Shown: positions 28,962 through 38,501 of the stretch, piece by piece
Position numbering within the stretch: position 1 is the stretch's first letter
Layout of the letters: each line of letters opens with the position of its first letter
DNA from: Gemmatimonadaceae bacterium
GTDB lineage: Bacteria > Gemmatimonadota > Gemmatimonadetes > Gemmatimonadales > Gemmatimonadaceae
Assembly (NCBI GenBank): GCA_051859245.1
Contig: JBHYGA010000004.1
Location: forward strand, 64,001-128,000
Reading direction: 5' to 3'
Length of the DNA: 64,000 nucleotides
Notes under the pieces: model-generated
What the model saw: only the letters and a program-made list of their open reading frames with translations
What the model was told of the DNA's origin: nothing
Database searches by the model: none
Made by a program: the position numbers and the translations under genes

Positions 28962-28988
28962 TGTCGGGCGTATCTGACTTCGTGCGCA
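28962..28988 (+). promoter_or_regulatory. Candidate ECF promoter TGTCG-N18-CGCA
   Basis: tgtcg ggcgtatctgacttcgtg cgca, 56 nt before ATG 29045; same motif at 29631 and 63709. Confidence 0.6.
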
Positions 28989-29044
28989 GAGTGATGTGCG
29001 TACGAAACCCCGACGCGTAAAGCATCCACATTCAGGAGGTCAGC

Positions 29045-29533
29045 ATGTTGTTTCTTACCCTTACGTCGGCCGCGATGATCGCCGCCACGCCAATCGCTCC
29101 CGTTTCGCCAAGCGTGCCGGTGTGCGCTCCGGCCGCAACCGCCAGCGTTGCCAACCCACATCTGTTGAACGCACGTGCTGCCATCGCGAAGGGCGATGTT
29201 GCCACGGCGCGTCGCGAGTTCCGCTTTGCAACCATCGTGGATCGCGATGAAGGATGCCTGCCGGTCGAATCGTCCAACGGTCTTGCGTCGCTGCTTTTTG
29301 CGCAGTCGCAAAAGATTGAGGCTGCCGAAGTCATGCAGGAACTCGCCGACGAGGCTGCAAAAAGCGGTGATATCAATGTAGAAGCGCGTGCGCTGGTTTC
29401 GGCCACCTGGCTGCGCCTTGAAGCCGGTGACAAGCTTTCCGCCAAAGTCGGCGTGCGTCGTCTCCGCGAGATCGCAAAAGAGAACGGACTGACGTCCGAC
29501 ACGCGTGCATTGCTGAAGGAAAGCCTCGGATGA
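29045..29533 (+). CDS. Secreted all-helical (TPR-like) hypothetical protein
   Basis: AGGAGG RBS; signal peptide; helical repeats (AIAKGDVATARREF, GDINVEARAL). Confidence 0.75.
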   Translation: MLFLTLTSAAMIAATPIAPVSPSVPVCAPAATASVANPHLLNARAAIAKGDVATARREFRFATIVDRDEGCLPVESSNGLASLLFAQSQKIEAAEVMQELADEAAKSGDINVEARALVSATWLRLEAGDKLSAKVGVRRLREIAKENGLTSDTRALLKESLG

Positions 29534-29630
29534 CACGCAACTCACCAGACGCGGCGCGCTGAGCTGTCGCTCGCTTGCCGCGTCTGGTGCGCGAGGGTGT
29601 AGCACGCCGCGAAAGTCGTCGCCGCTTACG

Positions 29631-29657
29631 TGTCGTGATGTGCAGGTGAAGGACGCA
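29631..29657 (+). promoter_or_regulatory. Candidate ECF promoter TGTCG-N18-CGCA
   Basis: tgtcg tgatgtgcaggtgaagga cgca, upstream of the TPR gene at 29726. Confidence 0.6.
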
Positions 29658-29725
29658 TCTCTGGTTGAGTTCTGTAGTGCACCGATTCTTCGTTTATGTG
29701 CACGTCATTTCCGCCAGAGGTTTGC

Positions 29726-31318
29726 ATGTCTGCCCTATCACTCCTGCTCGCGTTCACGCTATCGGTCACACCCGTCGACAGCGTACCACTCTACAACAAT
29801 CTCGGCGATCACGAATACGCGATCAGCACGAGCACCCCACTGGCCCAGAAATATTTCAATCAGGGCCTGCGTCTCTACTACGCGTTTAATCACGCCGAAG
29901 CCATTCGTGCGTTCCGCGAAGCTCAGCGCCTTGATGCTGGCTGCGCCATGTGCTTCTGGGGTGAAGCGTTGTCGTGGGGACCGAACATCAACTTGCCGAT
30001 GGACTCGGCGTCGCATGTCTCCGCTTTCGCTGCGATTGCGCGAGCGCGAGAAGCGGTTGGACCGTACACCACCGCAACGGAACGCGCGCTGATCAAGGCG
30101 CTCTCGGCGCGATACGATAGCTCGTCGCAGCGCACACGCGCAGTACTCGATTCCGCGTACACGAGCGCCATGCGCGATCTGAACAATCGTCTGCCGAACG
30201 ACCCGGAGATCGCGGTGCTGTACGCCGAGTCCGAGATGACGCTGCGTCCGTGGAGCTACTGGACCCCGAAGCGCACCCTGCAGCCCGGTATTGCGCGTGC
30301 TGTGAAGCAGCTGGAGAAGGTGATGCGCCAGAACAACCGGCATCCGGGCGCCTGTCACTTTTTCATTCACGCGGTGGAAGCCGTACAGCCGGAGCGTGCG
30401 GTCGCGTGCGCGGAGCGCCTCGCGTCACTGATGCCGGGCGCAGGACATCTCGTGCATATGCCCGGACACATCTACATCCGGGTGGGTCGCTACGCCGATG
30501 CGATCAGCGCCAATGAACATGCGGTACACGCCGACGAATCGTACATTCGCGATCAGCGACCGGGCGTGGGCATGTACACGATGGGTTACTACCCGCACAA
30601 CTACGATTTCCTGGCGTTTGCCGCATCCATGATGGGCAACAAGGCGCAGTCGATTGCCGCAGCTGACAAGCTGCGCGATCTCACGTCTGTCGAAATGATG
30701 AGCGTGCCGGGGATGGGCTTCCTGCAGCACCATGGAACGCGCGCGCTGCAAATGCGTGTACGCTTCGGTGCGTGGGCTGAGATTCTACAGGCACCAGCAC
30801 CGGATACCGCGCATCACCACGCGCGCGCGATGTGGCACTACGCGCACGGTCGTGCACTGGTCTCCACTGGTCAGATTGACGCCGCCGCGAAAGACCTCGC
30901 CGCCGTGCGGCGCATCATGGAGCTGCCATTGCTGCGCGACATGCGTCTTGAGTTCAATACGTCGTACACTGTGCTGCGCGTGGCCGAACAAGTGCTCGCC
31001 GGTACGATTGCCTCAGCGCGCGGCCAACACAACGACGCCGTCGCCTTCCTCACGAACGCCGTAGAGTACGAGGACGCCTTGAACTACGGCGAACCGCCGG
31101 AATGGTCGGTGCCAACACGTCAGGATCTCGGCGCCGCGTTGATGGCGGCTAATCGGCACGTCGAGGCCGCGCGCGTGTTCCGCGCCGACCTCGAACGGTT
31201 TCCGAAGAATGCCGCGTCAGTGACTGGGCTGGAGCAGGCACTCCGCGCCCAGGGACGCGTGGCTGAAGCTGATCATGTGAAGAAAACGGGTGACCACGTC
31301 CGCCTCAGAGCCAAGTAA
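29726..31318 (+). CDS. Secreted TPR-repeat protein
   Basis: AGAGG RBS; AQKYFNQGL..YAFNHAEA, WGPNIN, HPGACHFFIHAVE, GHLVHMPGHIY, YYPHNYDF, YGEPPEW. Confidence 0.85.
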   Translation: MSALSLLLAFTLSVTPVDSVPLYNNLGDHEYAISTSTPLAQKYFNQGLRLYYAFNHAEAIRAFREAQRLDAGCAMCFWGEALSWGPNINLPMDSASHVSAFAAIARAREAVGPYTTATERALIKALSARYDSSSQRTRAVLDSAYTSAMRDLNNRLPNDPEIAVLYAESEMTLRPWSYWTPKRTLQPGIARAVKQLEKVMRQNNRHPGACHFFIHAVEAVQPERAVACAERLASLMPGAGHLVHMPGHIYIRVGRYADAISANEHAVHADESYIRDQRPGVGMYTMGYYPHNYDFLAFAASMMGNKAQSIAAADKLRDLTSVEMMSVPGMGFLQHHGTRALQMRVRFGAWAEILQAPAPDTAHHHARAMWHYAHGRALVSTGQIDAAAKDLAAVRRIMELPLLRDMRLEFNTSYTVLRVAEQVLAGTIASARGQHNDAVAFLTNAVEYEDALNYGEPPEWSVPTRQDLGAALMAANRHVEAARVFRADLERFPKNAASVTGLEQALRAQGRVAEADHVKKTGDHVRLRAK

Positions 31319-31329
31319 CGGTCGAGTGC

Positions 31330-33648
31330 TTATTTGAACCGCATGCCATTGGGTGCAACAAAACCTTTGGTCGGGACCACCGGGGGTTTGGTTGCAACAG
31401 GTCTGGACACGGGCTTCGTCGCTGATGGCGACGGGGCCCGTTTTTCCGATGGGGCACCGGCGCTGGCGTCGGCAGGCGCCTTGCTGCGCATGCCCCCGCC
31501 ATCGGTACGCATACTGAGCGCAATGCGATTTCTCGGCAGATCAATGCTTTGCACCGTGACCTTCACGCGCTGTCCAACTTTGACGGCGTCGTTCGGATCC
31601 TTGATGTAGCGATCCGACAACTGGCTCACATGCACGAGCCCGTCCTGATGCACACCAATATCCACGAACGCACCAAACGCCACGATATTGGTGACGACTC
31701 CTTCGAGCACCATGCCCGGCACGAGATCTTGCGGCTTCTGCACATCGTCGCGGAACGCAGGCGGTTCAAAGGCACTGCGTGGATCGCGACCGGGCTTGCG
31801 CAGCTCATCGGCAATGTCGACCAGCGTCGGCATGCCGACATCGTCAGAGACGTACTGCGTGAGCTTGAGCTGTCCAACCAGCGCTTCGTTGCCCACGATC
31901 GATGCGACATCAACACCAAGATCCTTTGCCATGCGCTCAACCAGCGCGTAGCGCTCGGGGTGGACACCGCTCGCATCAAGCGGGTGTGCACCTCCGCGAA
32001 CGCGGAGAAATCCTGCCGCCTGCTCAAACGCCTTGGCACCCAGACGCGGCACTTCCTTGAGTTCAGCGCGTGATCGCAACCCGCCGCGTGAATCACGCAG
32101 CGACACAATCGCCTGTGCCAGCGACGGGCCAATGCCCGCCACATACGAAAGCAACGCGGCAGATGCCGTATTCACTTCTACGCCAACACGATTCACACAT
32201 GACATCACCGTGTCATCCAGTCGCGATTTCAAACGCGGTTGATTGACATCATGCTGATACTGACCCACGCCGATGCTCTTGGGATCGATCTTCACGAGCT
32301 CCGCGAGAGGGTCCTGCAAGCGACGGGCGATGGACACGGCGCCGCGCAACGACACGTCGAGCTCCGGGAACTCCGCGCGCGCGATGTCGCTGGCCGAGTA
32401 TACGCTGGCGCCCGCTTCGCTCACCACCACCACCTGCGGTACGGGCGGGTCGAGTTCACGCAACGACGCTTTGACCAGCGTTTCGGTTTCACGACTGGCC
32501 GTGCCGTTGCCAACAGCAATCAGGTCTGGCGTAAATCGCTGGACGAGCGCGCGCACCGCACCGGCAAATCGATCTTCCTGATGCAAGTACAAGGTGTCGG
32601 TGTGCACCAACGCACCCGTTGCACTCACCACCGCAACTTTCACGCCGGTACGAAAGCCCGGATCGAATCCGATCACGCGCTTCTCGCCTGCGGGTGCAGA
32701 CAACAGCAGCTGTTCCAGATTGCGTCCAAAGATCACGATCGCTTCATCATCAGCGCGCGTCTTGAGCTCAACCCGAAGCTCCACTTCAATCGCAGAAGCA
32801 AGCAGTCGTTTGTACGCATCGGCGGCAACCAGCGTGAGCTGCGTGTGCGCACGGCGCTCCTCCGTCAGTTCGCGCGTCAGACGCCCCACAATCTGCTCGG
32901 CCGGTGCCACGACTTGCCACTGCAGTTCACCCTCGGCTTCGCCGCGACGAATCGCCAGCATGCGATGGCTCGGAATAGTGCCCAGCGCTTCTTCAAAGTC
33001 GAAATAGTCCTTGAAGCGCGACGCATCGCTGGCCTTGCCCGTCATCACCACGCTTTTCACGCGGCCCTGCGCACGCGTGAGCTCGCGCACCCAGCCGCGA
33101 ACCACCGCGTCTTCGGCCACCTGCTCCGACAAAATGTCGCGCGCGCCCTGCAGCGCCGCAGCTACGTCCGGCACTTCGTCGTTCACGAACGTGGCCGCGA
33201 GTGCGTCGACCGCCGCGTCATCAACGGTTCCGTTCCACACTTGCTCCGCCAGCGGACCAAGTCCGCGTTCGCGCGCAATCATGGCACGCGTGCGCCGCTT
33301 GGGCTTGAACGGGAGATACAAATCTTCAAGCGCCTGCTTGCTGTCGGCTTTCAGGATGGTTGCCCGCAACGCGTCATCCAGCTTGCCCTGCTCCTCGATG
33401 CTGCGCAGAATCGCGGCGCGGCGATCCTCCATTTCGGTGAGGTATGCCGATCGCTCCTGCACGTCGCGCAGCTGTACTTCATCGAGCCCACCGGTTGCCT
33501 CTTTGCGATATCGGGCGATGAAGGGCAGCGTATTGCCTTCATCGAACAGCGCCAGCGTGTCCCGGACCTGCGCCGGCGTCAGCGAGAGTTCACGGGCCAC
33601 GCGCGCGACGATATCGGCGGCGGTTGGGGACGAAAGGACAGCGGGCAT
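31330..33648 (-). CDS. tex: Tex family RNA-binding transcriptional accessory protein
   Basis: TLPFIARYRKEATG, DPGFRTG.K, GASVYSAS, RRLQDPLAELVKIDPKSIGVGQYQHD; C-terminal S1 domain. Confidence 0.96.
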   Translation of the reverse strand: MPAVLSSPTAADIVARVARELSLTPAQVRDTLALFDEGNTLPFIARYRKEATGGLDEVQLRDVQERSAYLTEMEDRRAAILRSIEEQGKLDDALRATILKADSKQALEDLYLPFKPKRRTRAMIARERGLGPLAEQVWNGTVDDAAVDALAATFVNDEVPDVAAALQGARDILSEQVAEDAVVRGWVRELTRAQGRVKSVVMTGKASDASRFKDYFDFEEALGTIPSHRMLAIRRGEAEGELQWQVVAPAEQIVGRLTRELTEERRAHTQLTLVAADAYKRLLASAIEVELRVELKTRADDEAIVIFGRNLEQLLLSAPAGEKRVIGFDPGFRTGVKVAVVSATGALVHTDTLYLHQEDRFAGAVRALVQRFTPDLIAVGNGTASRETETLVKASLRELDPPVPQVVVVSEAGASVYSASDIARAEFPELDVSLRGAVSIARRLQDPLAELVKIDPKSIGVGQYQHDVNQPRLKSRLDDTVMSCVNRVGVEVNTASAALLSYVAGIGPSLAQAIVSLRDSRGGLRSRAELKEVPRLGAKAFEQAAGFLRVRGGAHPLDASGVHPERYALVERMAKDLGVDVASIVGNEALVGQLKLTQYVSDDVGMPTLVDIADELRKPGRDPRSAFEPPAFRDDVQKPQDLVPGMVLEGVVTNIVAFGAFVDIGVHQDGLVHVSQLSDRYIKDPNDAVKVGQRVKVTVQSIDLPRNRIALSMRTDGGGMRSKAPADASAGAPSEKRAPSPSATKPVSRPVATKPPVVPTKGFVAPNGMRFK

Positions 33649-33818
33649 GGGGCGTCGTGCGTAGGCAAGTCGAGTGAAGCAGGCGCGAGCACAGCCAGAA
33701 CTGCGCGCGCGGTGGCGAGGGCGCATATTGTGCCGAGCCGCTCGCGCGGGCAACGGCTTGACTTCCCCCGCGCATCGATCTTACCACGTCCGTATCCCAC
33801 CTCCGGAGAGTCATCCGC

Positions 33819-36419
33819 ATGCAGTTCCCGAGTTCGCCGAGCGCCATTCGCGCCTCGCGTTTTCCGCGTTTTACCACCTCGGCCGCACTCGCGGCGATGT
33901 GCGCAGCGTTCGCTCTGCCGGTCGCCGAGTCGCACGCGCAACCGCCATCGCTGCTGCCACCGCCCACACAAACGGTGCGTGTCAATCGCGCGAACTGGAC
34001 GCTGGCGGATCGTTTCAGCGTCGCGAACATGCGCAATCTCGCCTTCAGCACATCAGTGGCGCCTCGCTGGCTCGGTGAAACGGATTCGATGTTCTACAAC
34101 TGGCGCGACAAGAATGGCGGCACGTTCTACCTCGTAGTACCGACCACGCGTACCAAGCGTCCGCTCTTCGATCATGTGAAGCTCGCCGAAGAACTCTCGC
34201 GTTTGCATCGCAAACCGTACGAACCGGGAAAGTTGCCATTCACCACGCTCAACTTCACGAAAGACCACAAGAAGATTCGTTTCCAGGTGGATTCCACGCG
34301 CTACGAGTGGAATCTGGCCGCAGAAACGCTCTCCAGCCTTGGGATCTGGCGTCGCGACTCGGTAGCCGTGGACGAAGAACGCGAGCAGGGCGGTGGTGGT
34401 GGCGGACAAGGTGGACCCGGCGGCGCTCCCGAGTTCCGCAACTTTTCGCCCGACAGCACCGCGTTCGCCTTCGCGCGCGACCACAACCTGTTCGTGGTGG
34501 ACGTGAAAACCGGCGACACCGTGCAGCTGAGCACCGACGGTGCGAAGGACTACAGCTTTGGTTTTCGCGATACATCGACCACCAATCAACAACAGCAGCA
34601 GGACGACGATCAGCAGGACAATCAGAACACGCAGGGACAGCAAAGCCGCAGCCGCGATCCACGCGTGCGCGCCAGCGTGAGCTGGTCGCCGGATTCGCGT
34701 TCGTTCACCGTGCAGCGCAACGATTCGCGCAAAGTGAAGGAATTGTATTTGGTGAACGTACTGTCGAACCCGCGGCCAACGCTGAGCTCGTACAAGTACT
34801 CCATGCCGGGCGAAGCAGATGTGAGCCAGCAGGAGCTGTTCGTGTACACGCGCGGCGAGAAGACGCTGCGCAAGGTGCCCGTGGACAAGTGGAAAGATCA
34901 GCGCGTGAGCAACGTGCACTGGCCTGTCAAATCGGAAACGTTCCGACTGGTGCGACGCGATCGGTTGCAGCGCAACATGGAGCTGGTGGAAGTGAACACG
35001 GCCACGTTGGCCATGAAAACGCTGCTGACCGAGTCCGTTGAGAATGCGTTTCTTGAAATTCAGCCGGTGCGTTACGTCACGCGTGGTGGCGATTTTGTCT
35101 GGTTCTCCGAGCGCAGCGGCTGGGGTCACTACTATCTGTACAGTCATGATGGTACGTACAAGCGTCCGCTGACCAGCGGCATGTGGCGCGCCGAGAATGT
35201 GGTGGAGCAGGACACGGTGCGCGGCACGATGTTCATCAGTGGTGTAGGACGCGAGCCGGGACCGAACCCGTACCTGCGTCATACCTACCGCATGAACGGT
35301 GACGGTTCCGGCTTCACGCATGTCACGCCTGGCGCCTACGATCACGCAACGCGCGTGTCACCCACCAAGCGATTCATTGTTGACAACTACTCGCGCTCCG
35401 ACACGATTCCCGTTGCCGTCGTGCGCGATGCGGCCACGGGTCGCGTGGTGATGCCGCTGGAAGTAATGGATGACTCGCGCATTCGTGAAATGGGCTGGTC
35501 GCCACCAGTGCCGTTCACCACCAAAGCCGCCGATGGAACCACCGACATCTACGGCAACATGTGGAAGCCCGCCGACTTTGATTCCACCAAGAAGTATCCG
35601 ATCATTGCGTACGTGTATCCGGGTCCGCAAACTGAACAGGTCACAAGCGGATTCAGCACCGGCGGTGTGATGCAGCAGTTGGCGCAGCTGGGCTTTGTCG
35701 TGATTCAGATTGGAAACCGTGGTGGCACACCGCAGCGCTCCAACGCCTATCACAGCTTCGGCTACTACAACCTGCGCGACTACGCGTTGGCTGACAAAAA
35801 GACGGGTATCGAGCAGCTCGCCGCACGCCATTCATTCATCGACATTGATCGCGTGGGCATTTACGGTCACTCCGGTGGTGGTTTCCTTACGGCGGCCGCA
35901 CTCATGTTGCCGCCGTACAATGATTTCTTCAAAGTGGGTGTGTCGTCGGCCGGCAATCACGACAACAACATTTACAATCAGAACTGGAGTGAGCAGCACC
36001 ATGGACTGCGCGTGATCACCGAGCGTCGCGACACCACCCAGCGTGGTCGCACGAATGGCGGGAACGGTGGCGCGCGCACGCAGACGCAGACGCAGGGACG
36101 CAACGGCGCACGTGTCGTCGCAGTGGATGATTCCACGCGCTACGAAATCCGCGTACCCACGAACGCGGAGCTCGCGGAGAACCTGAAAGGCAAGCTGCTG
36201 CTCGTGCACGGCGACATGGACAACAACGTGCACCCCGGCAATACCATTCGTCTCGTCGACGCGCTCATCAAAGCCAACAAGCGCTTCGACATGATGATGC
36301 TGCCGGGCCAAGCGCACGGCTTCGGGCCCATGCAGCCGTACTTCAATCGCATGCTCATGGAATACTTCGCCGAGCACCTCATGGGCGATTACTACCGCGC
36401 CACGGCCGAGATTCGCTAA
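33819..36419 (+). CDS. S9B dipeptidyl-peptidase IV-like peptidase, secreted
   Basis: DPP IV N-terminal propeller; YPGP, GHSGGG, HGDMDNNVHP, QAHGF. Confidence 0.92.
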   Translation: MQFPSSPSAIRASRFPRFTTSAALAAMCAAFALPVAESHAQPPSLLPPPTQTVRVNRANWTLADRFSVANMRNLAFSTSVAPRWLGETDSMFYNWRDKNGGTFYLVVPTTRTKRPLFDHVKLAEELSRLHRKPYEPGKLPFTTLNFTKDHKKIRFQVDSTRYEWNLAAETLSSLGIWRRDSVAVDEEREQGGGGGGQGGPGGAPEFRNFSPDSTAFAFARDHNLFVVDVKTGDTVQLSTDGAKDYSFGFRDTSTTNQQQQQDDDQQDNQNTQGQQSRSRDPRVRASVSWSPDSRSFTVQRNDSRKVKELYLVNVLSNPRPTLSSYKYSMPGEADVSQQELFVYTRGEKTLRKVPVDKWKDQRVSNVHWPVKSETFRLVRRDRLQRNMELVEVNTATLAMKTLLTESVENAFLEIQPVRYVTRGGDFVWFSERSGWGHYYLYSHDGTYKRPLTSGMWRAENVVEQDTVRGTMFISGVGREPGPNPYLRHTYRMNGDGSGFTHVTPGAYDHATRVSPTKRFIVDNYSRSDTIPVAVVRDAATGRVVMPLEVMDDSRIREMGWSPPVPFTTKAADGTTDIYGNMWKPADFDSTKKYPIIAYVYPGPQTEQVTSGFSTGGVMQQLAQLGFVVIQIGNRGGTPQRSNAYHSFGYYNLRDYALADKKTGIEQLAARHSFIDIDRVGIYGHSGGGFLTAAALMLPPYNDFFKVGVSSAGNHDNNIYNQNWSEQHHGLRVITERRDTTQRGRTNGGNGGARTQTQTQGRNGARVVAVDDSTRYEIRVPTNAELAENLKGKLLLVHGDMDNNVHPGNTIRLVDALIKANKRFDMMMLPGQAHGFGPMQPYFNRMLMEYFAEHLMGDYYRATAEIR

Positions 36420-36446
36420 CGAGGCCAGTGCGCCAGGTCACACACG

Positions 36447-36483
36447 AACGCGGCCGGTTGTCTGATAGACAACCGGCCGCGTT
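36447..36483 (+). terminator. Intrinsic terminator hairpin
   Basis: Perfect 17-bp stem aacgcggccggttgtct-gat-agacaaccggccgcgtt about 28 nt after the stop; only a short T tail. Confidence 0.7.
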
Positions 36484-36719
36484 TCGCATGTCCTGCACCG
36501 GCAAGCACTTCCGCTTCGCTCCCGGCGCTCCGGTGGAGCGCCGGCACTACCCTCGTCGCCCAGAGTCGGAAAGCCGAATCGGGCAGGCCATTCATCAGGT
36601 ACCCCAAGAATGCGTCTGAGGTGTCATCTTGGCGTCATCATCCCTTGCAGTTGCGAAAGCACACGGCCACGTGCAGCGTGAGAGTTCCCACCGGCCCGTT
36701 TCTCGGCTCACGCCACGCC

Positions 36720-38501
36720 ATGACCACTTCAACGCCTTCTGCGGCCCCATGCGGGGCTCGACGCCACGCGCTGGTGCGATACCTCGCCATCGCGATGGTG
36801 ACCAGTTCGCTGGCCGTAGCGCCAACCCTCGCACAGGTCGTCGGTGCGCCGACTGCCCTGGCACCTGCGCTTCGCGAGGCTGCCGATAGTGTGGTTGCGC
36901 TATCACGCGGTTCCGCTGGCACCGTGGGGACCGCAGAGCAAGCCGACCAACTCCGTTCCGTGCAATGGCACCGCACGGATCGCATTGTGGCCATGCTTCG
37001 CGAGATCGACCCCAGCACCCTGCGAACGCGCAACGAGCAGCTGCTCTTTGACAACGTGCGGGAAACGCTGGCCGGCAGTGTTGCCGGCCGGACGTGTCGC
37101 ATGCACCTCTGGTATGCGCCGAATCCGTTTGCCGGTTGGCACATCAACGCGTCGAACTGGGCTCGCAACGTAGCGGTTGGTGACTCGGCATCCCGAGAGC
37201 ATGCGCTCGCGGCGCTGCGCGCCATTGCAAGTGCGGTGCAGCTCGAACGTGCGATGTTGCAACGCGGGCTCGACAGCGGCGTCGTCTCAAGTCAACAAGT
37301 GATCGCAGTTGCCATCCGGCAGTTCAACGATCTCATGCCGGAAGACGCACTCGCGTCTCCGCTTGCCGCCCCGCTCACACGCGATACATCACGCGCATTT
37401 ACTGCCGAGTTTCTGAGCGTACTGCGTGAGCGCGTGTATCCGGTCGCTCGCGAGTACACCACCTGGCTTGAAACGCATTATCTGCCGCGTGCACGACGCG
37501 ACGGCTCTTTGCGTACGCTTGAGAACGCCGGCGACTGCTATCGCGCCACAATGCGCGAGCGTACATCGTCAGACGCCGATCCCGAACTGCTCATGCAGGA
37601 ATCGCGCAGCGAGATTGATCGCATTACGCGTGCGCTTGCACCCATGATGCAGCGTCTCACGAATACCAACGTGTCGGACGGGGTGCGCGTGCTCAAGTCA
37701 GATGCACGCTTCACCTTTGCGTCGCGAGACAGCATACTCGCCGCGTATCGCACGGTCACAGAGCGTGCCGCAACGCGGATCGATCGTGTCATGGCCGGCT
37801 TCTTGGCGGAATCCGTCGTGGTGACTCCGTATCCCGAGTTTCAGGAGCGCGCTGGTCTGCCACCGAGCTATCAGCGTGCTCCGGATGATCGCAGCCGACC
37901 AGCGTGGTTTCTGATCAACCTCGCGAGACCCGAGCGAATGGCCGTCGCCAACGCCGTCGCACACGAGGCGTACCCGGGTCACCATTTACAACGCATCGCT
38001 GCGGCGCAGGCTACGAACATTCACCCGGTCATGCGCACCCTGAACGTGAGTGCATTCACTGAGGGATGGGGCATCTATGCCGAAGACCTCGGCGCGGAGA
38101 TGGGGTTGTACACCACGCCACTCGACAGTGTCGGACATCTCGTACATTTGCTCGACGTGGCCGTAGCGTATTATCTCGACGCCGGCACGCACATCAAAGG
38201 CTGGGACCGCAACACGCTTATCGATTCCATGTATGTGCTCGGCGGCCGCACACGTGCGCAAGCCGCGGACTACGCCGACCGGCACGCGGCAACGCCCGGA
38301 CAACTGGCCACGTACTACGTGGGCTATCGCGTGATTCGTTCCGCACGCGCGCGCGCCGAGGCGGCGCTTGGTGCAAAGTTCAGTTTGCCGCACTTCAATC
38401 GTGAAGTGGTGCGTCACGGCACCATCACACTGGCATCGCTCGGATCGAACATTGACGCATGGATCGCCAGTCAACGCGCCACTTCAGAGGGCTCACCATG
38501 A
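36720..38501 (+). CDS. DUF885 family protein (probable zinc metallopeptidase), secreted
   Basis: HEAYPGHHLQ, EGWGIYAE, PGQLATYYVG, G.KF....F motifs. Confidence 0.88.
   Translation: MTTSTPSAAPCGARRHALVRYLAIAMVTSSLAVAPTLAQVVGAPTALAPALREAADSVVALSRGSAGTVGTAEQADQLRSVQWHRTDRIVAMLREIDPSTLRTRNEQLLFDNVRETLAGSVAGRTCRMHLWYAPNPFAGWHINASNWARNVAVGDSASREHALAALRAIASAVQLERAMLQRGLDSGVVSSQQVIAVAIRQFNDLMPEDALASPLAAPLTRDTSRAFTAEFLSVLRERVYPVAREYTTWLETHYLPRARRDGSLRTLENAGDCYRATMRERTSSDADPELLMQESRSEIDRITRALAPMMQRLTNTNVSDGVRVLKSDARFTFASRDSILAAYRTVTERAATRIDRVMAGFLAESVVVTPYPEFQERAGLPPSYQRAPDDRSRPAWFLINLARPERMAVANAVAHEAYPGHHLQRIAAAQATNIHPVMRTLNVSAFTEGWGIYAEDLGAEMGLYTTPLDSVGHLVHLLDVAVAYYLDAGTHIKGWDRNTLIDSMYVLGGRTRAQAADYADRHAATPGQLATYYVGYRVIRSARARAEAALGAKFSLPHFNREVVRHGTITLASLGSNIDAWIASQRATSEGSP

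Noticed and set aside
28946..28972. TGAATCC-N15-CGTA as a fourth SigK-type promoter
   Set aside because: Spacer is 1-2 nt shorter than at the other three sites and it overlaps the better-supported TGTCG-N18-CGCA motif.
32239..34137. 632-aa + strand ORF
   Set aside because: Antisense shadow of tex; typical of high-GC codon bias and has no protein motifs.
34053..35345. 430-aa - strand ORF
   Set aside because: Antisense shadow of the S9 peptidase.
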